A stretch of 64,000 nt of DNA from an uncultured Veillonellaceae bacterium. GTDB lineage: Bacteria; Bacillota; Negativicutes; JARBTT01. Made by a program: the position numbers and the translations under genes. The notes beneath the pieces were generated by a model. That model was given only the letters and a program-made list of their open reading frames with translations. It made no database searches and was not told where the DNA came from. Numbering within the stretch: the first letter of the stretch is position 1; each line of letters opens with the position of its first letter. Shown here piece by piece: positions 1 to 11,000 of this stretch. Location of the stretch: the NCBI GenBank assembly GCA_963805085.1, contig CAWDTA010000003.1:160001-224000 (forward strand), written 5' to 3'.

Positions 1-3000
1 GTTCAAATTATCGTTATCAATCAAGGAGAGCAACAACTTTTCGCTGGACTTTCAGGACTGCTGAAAACAGCCCAACTAGAAAATCCAAAACTCATAGGAC
101 AGTTAATTGAAATGGAACCAGGGAAAAAGATAGAAGAAATCATAGAAAAACTGAAGGAGAACAGCAGGAGCCCAATTGATAATCATATTCGTTACCAGGA
201 AAATAAACGCTGCGTTGCCAGTTGGAACAAAGTGGATGTTTCCAAAGAAGCAGTAAAGATCCCCTGGAAAGACCAGGGGGTCTATTTAATTACTGGCGGT
301 GCTGGCGGACTGGGACTTATATTTGCCAAAGAGATTGCACATAAAGTCAAAGATGCGACGCTAATCCTTACAGGTCGAACTTCACTTAAAAAAGACAAGC
401 AAGCTAAACTTAAGGAATTGGAAGAGTTGGGCGCCAAAATCGTATACAAGCAAGTAGATATGACGCAAAAAGAAGCGGTTGCTGATTTAATTGAAAGTAT
501 CAGGAAGGACTTTAAAAATCTTAACGGTATCATCCATAGTGCGGGCGTGATTAGAGACAACTTCATTATAAAAAAGACTAAGGAAGAAGTGCAAGCGGTT
601 CTAGCTCCTAAAGTCACGGGATTGGTGAATTTGGATGAAGCTAGCAAGGAGTTAAACCTCGACTTTTTTGTGTTCTTTTCCTCAACAACAGGAGCATTAG
701 GCAATCTGGGACAGGCAGACTATGCTACTGCTAATGCTTTTATGGATGTGTATGCTAGGTATAGAAGCAACTTGGTAGCATCAAAGCAGCGCCATGGCCA
801 AACTTTGTCAATCAACTGGCCGCTGTGGCAAGAAGGCGGGATGAGCGTCGATGAAGAAACTGAAAAAACAATGAGGCAAAATACAGGTATGATTGCCATG
901 GAAAAATCAATTGGCATTTGGGCATTTTATCAAGGAGTAGCTTTAGGCAAGGCGCAATTAATGGTACTTGAAGGCGATCTGTCACAAATGCAGGCATATC
1001 TATTAGATATTTCACCAAAAGTTCATAAATATACAGAGGAGGCATCTACTCTCCATGTGGAGCAATGGCAATTGCGAGAAAAAACCTTATATCAACTCAA
1101 GGTTCTATTTGGAGAAGTCACTAAAGTAAGTGTTAACAAACTTGATCCTGAAGAGCCTTTGGAAAGCTACGGGATAAATTCAATTATGATTATCCAGCTT
1201 AATCAAAAACTTGACGGTATTTTTGGAGAATTGTCAAAAACTTTATTCTATGAATACCAAACATTGAACGCGCTGGCAGAATATTTTACGGCAGAATATC
1301 CACAGAAATGTCTGCAGTGGACCGGACTTGGAGAGCAGGTTCAGCCAATACAGGATAAGTCAACAATATCAATGTCCGTTGGTGAATTTCCTGTACTGAC
1401 ATCATTGAAAAAAGATAAAACGCTAACTCGTGATTTTATGGAGCTAACTCCCAATAATAGCGTCTATGAACCGATTGCCATCATTGGCATGAGTGGGCGC
1501 TATCCAAAAGCAAAAACATTAAAAGAGTATTGGGATATTTTAAAAACAGGCCAAGATTGTATTAGCGAAATTCCTCAAGAGCGTTGGTCAATGGAAGGAT
1601 TTTATCATTCGGATTTCCAAGAAGCTGTGGCACAAGGAAAAAGCTATAGCAAATGGGGTGGTTTTGTAGAAGAATTTGCCGATTTTGATCCGCTATTCTT
1701 TAATATTTCCCCTCTAGAAGCGATCAGTATGGATCCTCAAGAACGATTGTTCATTGAAGCTTGTTGGGCAGTGCTAGAGGATGCAGGATACACCAAAGAG
1801 CAACTTGGAGAACAATATGATAGGCGAGTTGGTGTTTTTGCAGGGATTACCAAAACAGGTTTTGAGTTATATGGCCCCGATTTGTGGAAACAAGGCGAAC
1901 AAGTTTATCCTTCTACTTCATTTGGATCGGTTGCGAATAGAATTTCCTATCTGCTTAATTTGCAAGGTCCTAGTATGCCGATTGATACGATGTGTTCGTC
2001 CTCGTTAACAGCCATTCATGAGGCATGTGAACATCTTTACCGTGGAGAATGTGAAATGGCGATTGCGGGTGGAGTGAATTTGTACCTGCATCCTTCAAGC
2101 TATATCAGACTTTGCAATAATCATATGTTATCTGTAGATGGAAAATGCAAAAGCTTTGGTCAAGGAGGTAACGGATTTGTACCTGGAGAAGGAGTGGGCA
2201 CTGTTTTACTGAAACGGTTATCGCAGGCGATTGCAGATGGTGATCATATTTATGCTGTAATTCGAGGGACAAGTATTAACCACGGCGGAAAAACGAATGG
2301 ATATACAGTACCTAATCCAATCGCCCAAGGCGATCTCATTCGAACGGCGTTGGATAAAGCCGGAATTGATGCTCGGGCCGTCAGTTATATAGAAGCACAT
2401 GGAACAGGGACAGCACTTGGCGATCCGATTGAAATCACAGGATTAAGCCAAGCATTCCAAAAGGATACCCAGGAAACAGGATTTTGTGCAATTGGTTCCG
2501 CAAAATCAAATATTGGACATTTGGAAGCAGCAGCAGGAATTGCAGGAGTTACCAAAATCGTGCTGCAAATGAAAAATCAAGAGATTGTTCCCAGCCTGCA
2601 TGCTACGGAATTGAATCCCAATATTAATTTTGGAAAAACTCCTTTTGTAGTTCAGAGGGAACTGGCAGAATGGAAACGACCGGTGGTTGAGATTAACGGA
2701 GAAAGCAAGGAATATCCAAGAATTGCTGGTATTTCATCTTTTGGTGCTGGTGGATCAAACGCGCACATCGTATTAGAAGAATACATTCCAAAGAATCAAG
2801 AACGTCGTTTAACTGCAATCACACCACAAGACCCAGCTATTATCGTACTGTCGGCAAAGAATGAAGAACGGCTCCAAGTGCAGGTACAGCAATTGTTGTC
2901 CGTGATTCAGGAACAGAAATTTGGGGATAGTGAATTGATCGATATGGCCTACACGCTGCAAGTAGGACGTGAAGCCATGGAAGAACGTTTGGCCATGATC

Positions 3001-6000
3001 GTAGGATCGGTCAAAGAACTGGCAGAAAAACTGCAGGGCTTTGTAGAAGGAAAGGATGATATTAAAGATTTGTACCGGGGCCAGGTTAAACGTGATAAAG
3101 AGGACTTTATTATTACTATGGCTATGGATGAAGAAATGCAGGAAACAATTCAAAAGTGGATTCAACAAAAAAAATATGCAAAACTTCTGGAACTTTGGGT
3201 CAAGGGTTTCAAGTTTAATTGGAACGAGCTCTATGCTGATACAAAACCTCACCGTGTTAGCCTGCCTACGTATCCTTTTGCCAGGGAACGTTATTGGTTG
3301 CCTGAAATTTATCTTGCCAAACCTGCTGGTAGCTTGACAACAAACTCAATAATGCACCCACTATTGCATCAAAATACATCCGACCTTTCTGAACAGCGGT
3401 TTACCTCCACTTTTACTGGTCAGGAGTTTTTCTTGGCTGACCATATCGTGAAAGGACAGCGGATCTTGCCCGGAGTGGCCTATCTAGAAATGGCTCGAGT
3501 CGCCGTACAGCAGGCATCTGCAGTCTTTCAAGAAGAAAAGGCTCAGATAAAGCTCCAGAATATCGTCTGGACACGTCCTATTACCGTAGGGGAAAAACCA
3601 GTCCAGGTACACATCGGACTCTATCCTGAGGAGACTGGCCAGATCGCCTATGAGATTTATAGCCAACCAGATGAGGCCAGCGCTGAATCAATAGTGCACA
3701 GCCAAGGCATTGCCGTATTGGGCACTGTCCTAGATACTCCCACTCTGGATTTATCTGCCTTGCAGGCCGAGTGTAGCAAAATTGCTCCTGCTGCGAATCA
3801 GCTTTACGAGGCCTTTAAGACGATGGGGATTGACTACGGTCCCGCCCACCAGGGTATCGAACAGTTGTACATAGGGCAAAATCAGGTTTTGGCTAGAATC
3901 ACCCTGCCGTCATCTGTCGCCAATACCAAGAATCAGTTCGTCCTGCACCCTAGTCTGATGGATGCCGCCCTTCAGTCTTCCAGCTGCTTGATTACGGACA
4001 AAATGCCATCCGACAAAACTTCACTCAAGCCAATCTTGCCTTTTGCCTTAGACGAACTTGAAATCTTTGGCAGTTGCACTTCCTCCATGTGGGTACATAT
4101 ACGACCGAATGTCGGAAGTATAGCAGGGGACAAGCTTCAGAAGTTGGACATCGATATTTGCAACGACCAGGGGAATATTTGCGTGCGCATGAAGGCGTTC
4201 ACATTTAGAATGTTGGAAGGCGAACTGGATGCCTCAGGAACAGCAATGCCCCGAGGTTTGCTGTTGCTCCAACCCGGCTGGAGTGAACAAACAGTTGCTG
4301 ATGTAGACTTAGCCACTGATTACGCTCAACACTTGGTGATCCTCTGCGAGCAGGATGATATCTCTCCTGAAAGCATAAGTGCTCGAATGAATAAGGTGCG
4401 CTGTCTGGCTCTCCAATCTTCGCAGCTAGAAATAGAGGAGCGTTTCGCAATGTATGCTATTCAGGTATTTGGGGAAATCCAAGGCATCCTCAAGGATAAG
4501 GCCAAAGGTCAAGTTCTGATTCAGTTAGTGGTTTCCAGATCAAGCGAGCAACAATTCTGTTCTGCCCTCTGGGCTCTTTTAAAAACGGCACAGCTTGAGA
4601 ATCCAAAACTCATAGGACAGTTAATTGAAATGGAATCAGGGAAAAAGATGGAAGAAATCATAGGAAAACTGAACGAGAACAGCAGAACCCCAATTGACAA
4701 TCATATTCGCTATCAGGAAAATAAACGCTATGTTGCCAGTTGGAACAAAGTGGATGTTTCCAAAGAAACAGTAAAGATCCCATGGAAAGACCAGGGAGTC
4801 TATTTAATTACTGGCGGTGCTGGTGGACTGGGACTTATATTTGCCAAAGAGATTGTGCATAAAGTCAAAGATGCGACGCTGATCCTTACAGGTCGAACTC
4901 CACTTGATGCAGATAAACATGCTAAATTTAATAAATTGGAAGATTTGGGTGCTCGAATCATATACAAGCAAGTCGATGTGACACAAAAGGAGGCTGTCGC
5001 TAACTTAATTCAAAGCATTAAGAAGGACTTTGGAAATCTAAATGGCATCATTCACGGTGCGGGAGTGATTCGCGACAATTTCTTTATAAAAAAGACGAAG
5101 GAAGAACTGCAAGCAGTTCTGGCGCCCAAAGTCAACGGAGTGGTGAATTTGGATGAAGCCAGCAGGAAGTTGTCACTCGACTTCTTCATTATCTTTTCCT
5201 CAATAGCAGGAAGTATAGGAAACATTGGTCAGGCTGATTACGCAGCTGCTAATGCTTTTATGGACATCTATGCTAAGTACCGTAATGATCTGGTGGTGTC
5301 GAAACAACGGCAGGGACAAACCTTGTCAATCAATTGGCCGTTGTGGAAAGAGGGCGGTATGCATGTCGATGCAACCACCGAAAAGACGTTGAAGCAGAGT
5401 ACGGGGATGACTGCTATGCAGACGGCAAGCGGCATTCAGGCTTTGTATCAAAGTTTATACTCCGGCAAGGATCAGGTCATGGTAATAGAGGGAGATCTCA
5501 AGCGGTTGCAGGCAGTGTTCCTGAGACAACCAGACGGTATAGAAACTGTAAAATTATCTCTTAATATCAAAAAAAATAAAGCAATTCCATCCATTGGAGA
5601 AGACATGCTCAGGGAGAAAGCGGAACATTACTTCAAAAAGTTACTTTCTTTCGTTTTTAAGATGCCTGTTAATAGAATTGAAGCAACTGCTCCACTTGAA
5701 CAATATGGTATAGATTCAGTCATGGTTATACAACTGACCAATCAATTAGAAAAAACATTTGGTTCATTGTCAAAAACGTTGTTTTTTGAATACCAATCCA
5801 TTCAAGAGTTAACTGGATATTTTCTTGAAGCCTATCGGGATCAACTGATAGAATTATTGGGAATTGAGGGAAAAGTAGCAGCAACTAACGAGAATTTCAA
5901 AGATTCTATAACTATGGCAGAACCATTAGAGCCAACCATCAGCACTCAAAAGCGCTCGCGCTTTGTATCACTACGTAATCAAAGCCCACAAGAAAAATCA

Positions 6001-7992
6001 GGGGATTTTGACATTGCCATTATAGGTGTGTCTGGACGTTATCCGGGGGCCAAAAATATTCAGGAGTTTTGGAAGAACCTGCAGGCTGGTAAGGATTGCA
6101 TAACCGAAATACCCAATGACCGCTGGGATCACAGTCTATATTTTGATGAAGATAAGAACAAGCCGGGTAAGACTTATAGTAAGTGGGGAGGATTCCTCGA
6201 TGGTGTTGATCAATTTGATACTCTTTTCTTTAATATTTCACCGCGGGAAGCAGAAATGATGGATCCTCAGGAGCGTTTGTTCTTAGAATGTGTCTATGAA
6301 ACATTAGAGGATGCGGGATATACCCGAGAATCATTAGGTTTATGTCAAGATTTTGGCTTAGATGGGAATGTAGGGGTCTTTGTAGGCGTTATGTATGAAG
6401 AATACCAACTCTATGGGGCTCAGGCACAATCCAAAGGCAGACCGATTAGTATCCCGGGAAATCCTGCAATGATCGCCAATCGAGTGTCATATTTTTGCAA
6501 TTTCCATGGCCCTAGTATGGCTGTGGACACCATGTGCTCTTCCTCATTGACGGCAATCCATTTGGCATGTCAAAGCCTACAACGGAGCGGATGTGAGCTT
6601 GCAATTGCGGGTGGTGTCAATGTCTCCATTCATCCTAACAAATATTTAGTGCTCGGGCAGGGTAGATTTGTGTCCAGTAAGGGGCGGTGTGAAAGTTTTG
6701 GGCAAGGTGGTGACGGATATGTACCGGGAGAAGGCGTAGGAGCGGTATTATTAAAACCGTTGTCTAAAGCCATTACTGATGGGGATCACATATATGGGAT
6801 TATCAAAGCAACCGCACTTAATCATGGCGGAAAAACCAACGGGTATACAGTACCAAATCCTAACGCGCAGGCTAGTGTTATCGGCCGGGCTTTAAAGGAT
6901 GCTCGTATCAATCCAAGGATGATCAGTTACATTGAGGCCCATGGCACTGGGACTTCATTAGGAGATCCAATTGAAATCGCAGGTTTAATGAAAACCTTTC
7001 AGGAATATACCAAGGAAAAACAGTTTTGTGCCATTGGTTCGGCGAAATCGAATATTGGGCATTGTGAGAGTGCGGCAGGCATTGCTGGATTAACAAAAAT
7101 ACTATTGCAGCTCAAATATCGTCAATTAGTACCGTCGCTCCATTCCGAGGTTCTCAATTCCAATATTGACTTCACTAATAGTCCTTTTGTTGTTCAGCAA
7201 GAACTTGCAGAATGGAAAAGGCCGATGATTGAGGTTAATGGAATAACTAAGGAATGTTCAAGAATCGCTGGTATTTCGTCCTTTGGTGCTGGAGGATCCA
7301 ATGCCCATGTAGTGATTGAAGAATATATTTCTCAAGCCTTTGAAAAAGCTCAAATTACGACTACGTCTCAAAATTCTGCAGTTATTGTATTGTCGGCCAA
7401 GAGTGAAGCTCAACTCCAGGAACAAGCAAAGAGATTATTGGTTGCTATCAAAGATCAGCAATTCTCAGAAGGGAGTTTAGCTGACATAGCTTATACACTT
7501 CAAGTAGGGCGTGAAGCGATGGACGAACGATTGGGATTAATTGTAGGATCAATTAAAGATCTTGAAGAAAAACTAAAGAGCTTTATAGAAGCCCAAGATG
7601 GTGTTATGGATCTGTACCAAGGGCAGGTTAAACGTAATAGAGAGGCATTAGCTATTTTTGCTGCGGATGATGAAATGACAAAAATAGTCGAAGCTTGGAT
7701 GAACAAAAGAAATTATGGGAAAGTTTTGGATCTTTGGGTTAAAGGTTTGACTGTTGATTGGAACAAACTCTATGGTGACCAAAAACCTCTTCGCATAAGC
7801 TTACCTACATATCCCTTTGCCAAAGAACGCTATTGGATTCCAGAATATAAAGAACCAATAGAGACCAAGCCTTTGTTTGTCCAAAGCAATATTCAATTTA
7901 ATGATGCTTTTTATGATCAAATTTTGGATGAAATAATGAATGATACTATTAGTGTTGATGTTGCTGTTCAGAAAACAAAAAAACATAGATAG
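1..7992 (+). CDS. trans-AT PKS, 5'-partial: ..KR-ACP-KS-DH-KR-ACP-KS
   Basis: Frame +1 is open from base 1 (VQIIVINQGE...), so the Met at 112 is not the true start. Motifs: KR ITGGAGGLG and GQADYATANAF; ACPs YGINSI and YGIDSV; two KS with DTMCSSS, HGTGT and GHxExAAG; DH DHIVKGQRILPG and DAALQ. No AT (GHSxG) domain. Ends in a short docking-type helix. Confidence 0.96.
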   Translation, partial: VQIIVINQGEQQLFAGLSGLLKTAQLENPKLIGQLIEMEPGKKIEEIIEKLKENSRSPIDNHIRYQENKRCVASWNKVDVSKEAVKIPWKDQGVYLITGGAGGLGLIFAKEIAHKVKDATLILTGRTSLKKDKQAKLKELEELGAKIVYKQVDMTQKEAVADLIESIRKDFKNLNGIIHSAGVIRDNFIIKKTKEEVQAVLAPKVTGLVNLDEASKELNLDFFVFFSSTTGALGNLGQADYATANAFMDVYARYRSNLVASKQRHGQTLSINWPLWQEGGMSVDEETEKTMRQNTGMIAMEKSIGIWAFYQGVALGKAQLMVLEGDLSQMQAYLLDISPKVHKYTEEASTLHVEQWQLREKTLYQLKVLFGEVTKVSVNKLDPEEPLESYGINSIMIIQLNQKLDGIFGELSKTLFYEYQTLNALAEYFTAEYPQKCLQWTGLGEQVQPIQDKSTISMSVGEFPVLTSLKKDKTLTRDFMELTPNNSVYEPIAIIGMSGRYPKAKTLKEYWDILKTGQDCISEIPQERWSMEGFYHSDFQEAVAQGKSYSKWGGFVEEFADFDPLFFNISPLEAISMDPQERLFIEACWAVLEDAGYTKEQLGEQYDRRVGVFAGITKTGFELYGPDLWKQGEQVYPSTSFGSVANRISYLLNLQGPSMPIDTMCSSSLTAIHEACEHLYRGECEMAIAGGVNLYLHPSSYIRLCNNHMLSVDGKCKSFGQGGNGFVPGEGVGTVLLKRLSQAIADGDHIYAVIRGTSINHGGKTNGYTVPNPIAQGDLIRTALDKAGIDARAVSYIEAHGTGTALGDPIEITGLSQAFQKDTQETGFCAIGSAKSNIGHLEAAAGIAGVTKIVLQMKNQEIVPSLHATELNPNINFGKTPFVVQRELAEWKRPVVEINGESKEYPRIAGISSFGAGGSNAHIVLEEYIPKNQERRLTAITPQDPAIIVLSAKNEERLQVQVQQLLSVIQEQKFGDSELIDMAYTLQVGREAMEERLAMIVGSVKELAEKLQGFVEGKDDIKDLYRGQVKRDKEDFIITMAMDEEMQETIQKWIQQKKYAKLLELWVKGFKFNWNELYADTKPHRVSLPTYPFARERYWLPEIYLAKPAGSLTTNSIMHPLLHQNTSDLSEQRFTSTFTGQEFFLADHIVKGQRILPGVAYLEMARVAVQQASAVFQEEKAQIKLQNIVWTRPITVGEKPVQVHIGLYPEETGQIAYEIYSQPDEASAESIVHSQGIAVLGTVLDTPTLDLSALQAECSKIAPAANQLYEAFKTMGIDYGPAHQGIEQLYIGQNQVLARITLPSSVANTKNQFVLHPSLMDAALQSSSCLITDKMPSDKTSLKPILPFALDELEIFGSCTSSMWVHIRPNVGSIAGDKLQKLDIDICNDQGNICVRMKAFTFRMLEGELDASGTAMPRGLLLLQPGWSEQTVADVDLATDYAQHLVILCEQDDISPESISARMNKVRCLALQSSQLEIEERFAMYAIQVFGEIQGILKDKAKGQVLIQLVVSRSSEQQFCSALWALLKTAQLENPKLIGQLIEMESGKKMEEIIGKLNENSRTPIDNHIRYQENKRYVASWNKVDVSKETVKIPWKDQGVYLITGGAGGLGLIFAKEIVHKVKDATLILTGRTPLDADKHAKFNKLEDLGARIIYKQVDVTQKEAVANLIQSIKKDFGNLNGIIHGAGVIRDNFFIKKTKEELQAVLAPKVNGVVNLDEASRKLSLDFFIIFSSIAGSIGNIGQADYAAANAFMDIYAKYRNDLVVSKQRQGQTLSINWPLWKEGGMHVDATTEKTLKQSTGMTAMQTASGIQALYQSLYSGKDQVMVIEGDLKRLQAVFLRQPDGIETVKLSLNIKKNKAIPSIGEDMLREKAEHYFKKLLSFVFKMPVNRIEATAPLEQYGIDSVMVIQLTNQLEKTFGSLSKTLFFEYQSIQELTGYFLEAYRDQLIELLGIEGKVAATNENFKDSITMAEPLEPTISTQKRSRFVSLRNQSPQEKSGDFDIAIIGVSGRYPGAKNIQEFWKNLQAGKDCITEIPNDRWDHSLYFDEDKNKPGKTYSKWGGFLDGVDQFDTLFFNISPREAEMMDPQERLFLECVYETLEDAGYTRESLGLCQDFGLDGNVGVFVGVMYEEYQLYGAQAQSKGRPISIPGNPAMIANRVSYFCNFHGPSMAVDTMCSSSLTAIHLACQSLQRSGCELAIAGGVNVSIHPNKYLVLGQGRFVSSKGRCESFGQGGDGYVPGEGVGAVLLKPLSKAITDGDHIYGIIKATALNHGGKTNGYTVPNPNAQASVIGRALKDARINPRMISYIEAHGTGTSLGDPIEIAGLMKTFQEYTKEKQFCAIGSAKSNIGHCESAAGIAGLTKILLQLKYRQLVPSLHSEVLNSNIDFTNSPFVVQQELAEWKRPMIEVNGITKECSRIAGISSFGAGGSNAHVVIEEYISQAFEKAQITTTSQNSAVIVLSAKSEAQLQEQAKRLLVAIKDQQFSEGSLADIAYTLQVGREAMDERLGLIVGSIKDLEEKLKSFIEAQDGVMDLYQGQVKRNREALAIFAADDEMTKIVEAWMNKRNYGKVLDLWVKGLTVDWNKLYGDQKPLRISLPTYPFAKERYWIPEYKEPIETKPLFVQSNIQFNDAFYDQILDEIMNDTISVDVAVQKTKKHR

Positions 7993-8005
7993 GAGAGGAG
8001 AAAAT

Positions 8006-11000
8006 ATGAAGGATTTTCTAGAATATATTTTTTGTGAGGTAAAAAACAAGCGATTAGCAAAAACGGACGCAAAAGATCTTATACGTCAATTTCAAACTAA
8101 TAGTAAATCTTGCTTTCTTCATCCAATGCTACAGCAAAACACTTCCGATTTCTCTGAACAACGATTTAGTTCTATTTTTACGGGTGAAGAATTTTTTCTA
8201 ACCGACCATGTTGTAAAGGGGCAGCGTATCTTACCGGGAGTGGCCTATCTAGAGATGGCCAGAGCAGCAGTGGAGCAGGCGGCGGGGGTAGGAGAAGAAA
8301 GGCGTGTCGGAATTCGATTTAAAAATCTGGTTTGGACAAAGCCTATTGCCATAGGGAAGCAGCCAATGCAAATCCATATTGGAATTCACCCCGATGATAA
8401 TGGAGAAATAGCCTACGAAATATATAGTGAACCACAAAAAGAAAATACAGAGCCTATAATACACAGTCAAGGCAGTGCGGCATTATGTGCTGTTACAGAA
8501 GGTTTAACCTTGGATTTGCTTTCCTTGCGGACTCAGTGCAACCAAGGCATTTTTTCATCCAGTCAATGTTATGAAGTTTTTAGAGCGGTGGGGCTTGACT
8601 ATGGTCCTAGTCACCAGGGGATTGAACAGATATATGTAGGACAGGAACAGGTACTGGCTAAGCTGACTTTACCTGCGACTGTCTCCGATACGAAAGACCA
8701 ATTTATTCTGCATCCAAGTCTAATGGATGCGGCCTTACAAGCATCTTTAATGATAAGTGCCAGTGACGTTAAACTAGCTCTGCCATTTGCATTGCAAGAA
8801 CTTAAAATATTCGAAAAATGTACTTCCACCATGTGGGCGCTGATTCGCTACAGTGAAGGCAGTAAAGCTAAAGACAAGATGAAGAAAATTGATATTGATC
8901 TATGTGACGAGCAAGGGCGCGTTTGTGTACGGATGAAAGGTCTTTCCTCCAGAGTGTTGGAAGGAAAAGTGGATTCAGTAACAGATACAGAAGCGATTGG
9001 AACGCTGATGCTTCAACCTAGTTGGCAAGAAAAAATTGTTGATTCGGAAGCAACAATGCCAGAGTATGACCGACATCTAGTGATGTTATGTGAGTCACAT
9101 GACATTTCTCAAGAAGACATTGAAAATCAAATAAATGGAGTACGCTGTCTCACCTTACATGCAGAACAGGAAGGCATAGAATCACGATTTAACAACTATG
9201 CCGTTCAAGCCTTTGAGCAAATCAAAAATATTCTTAAAGATAAGCATATGGGCAAAGTGTTGGTTCAAATTATCGTTATCAATCAAGGAGAGCAACAACT
9301 TTTCGCTGGACTTTCAGGACTGCTGAAAACAGCCCAACTAGAAAATCCAAAACTCATAGGACAGTTAATTGAAATGGAACCAGGGAAAAAGATAGAAGAA
9401 ATCATAGAAAAACTGAAGGAGAACAGCAGGAGCCCAATTGATAATCATATTCGTTACCAGGAAAATAAACGCTGCGTTGCCAGTTGGAACAAAGTGGATG
9501 TTTCCAAAGAAGCAGTAAAGATCCCCTGGAAAGACCAGGGGGTCTATTTAATTACTGGCGGCGCTGGCGGACTGGGACTTATATTTGCCAAAGAGATTGC
9601 ACATAAAGTCAAAGATGCGACGCTAATCCTTACAGGTCGAACTTCACTTAAAAAAGACAAGCAAGCTAAACTTAAGGAATTGGAAGAGTTGGGCGCCAAA
9701 ATCGTATACAAGCAAGTAGATATGACGCAAAAAGAAGCGGTTGTTGATTTAATTGAAAGTATAAGGAAGGACTTTAAAAATCTTAATGGCATCATCCATA
9801 GTGCAGGAGTGATTAAAGACAACTTTATTCTTAAAAAGACTAAGGAAGAACTGCAAGCAGTTTTGGCTCCTAAAGTCACTGGATTGGTGAATCTGGATCA
9901 GGCGAGCCGGGAGTTAAACCTTGATTTTTTTGTTCTCTTCTCTTCAACAACAGGAGCTATGGGGAATCCAGGTCAGGTCGACTATGCAACAGCCAATGCT
10001 TTCATGGACGTCTATGCCAAATTCCGTCATGATCTGGTCAACTCAGGCCAGCGTTATGGACAAACACTATCAATTAATTGGCCGCTTTGGCAAGAAGGCA
10101 GTATGAGAGTTGACACAAAGACTGAAAAAATGATGAAGGAAAACACTGGCATGATTCCTATGAGGACTGATGTTGGTATTCAGGCACTCTATCAAGGCTT
10201 AGCTTCCGGTAAGTCCCAGGTACTGGTAGCAGAAGGTAATCTTAAACAACTTGAGGTAACTTTATTAGAAGCACAACAATTCAATAAAGAAACACCTTCT
10301 CACAGTGAAAAAAATAAAGCAGTACCAGAAATTGATCAAGATTGGTTAAAAGAGAAAGCGGAAAACTACTTTAAAAAGCTGCTTTCAACTATCATCAAGC
10401 TTCCGGCTGAGCGTATTGAGATAGATGCTCCAATGGAAAATTACGGAATAGACTCAGTCATGATCATGCAACTCATCAATCAATTAGAAAAAGTATTTGG
10501 CTCCTTGTCCAAGACGCTGTTCTTTGAATACCAAAATATCAAGGAACTAACTGGATACTTCCTTGAATCTCATCGTGATCGGTTGACAGAATTATTGGGA
10601 ATAGAGGGGAAGGAAGTGGCGAATGCAGTTTCCAGCGAGTTTATTACTGAGGTAGAGGATGAAAAGCCAGCTATCAGTAGAAGGAAACATTCTCGTTTTG
10701 CATCTATGCACATAGATGCCCAGCTGGAAAAAGAAAAAGAAGCCAAGGATATCGCTATTATTGGCTTGTCTGGACGCTACCCTGGTGCGAGAACTGTTCA
10801 AGAGTTTTGGCAAAACCTCAAAAACGGCAAGGATTGTATCACCGAGATTCCCAAAGATCGCTGGGATTACACCTTATATTTTGATGAAAATAAGGATATA
10901 CCTGGGAAAATATATAGTAAATGGGGAGGATTCTTGGAAGGAGTGGATCAGTTCGATCCTCTATTTTTCAACATTTCGCCTCGTGAGGCAGAATTTATGG

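Noticed and set aside
1165-1190. ACP with GINS instead of GxDS as an inactive carrier
   Set aside because: The phosphopantetheinylation Ser is retained. Similar variants (GVES, GLES) occur in other ACPs here.
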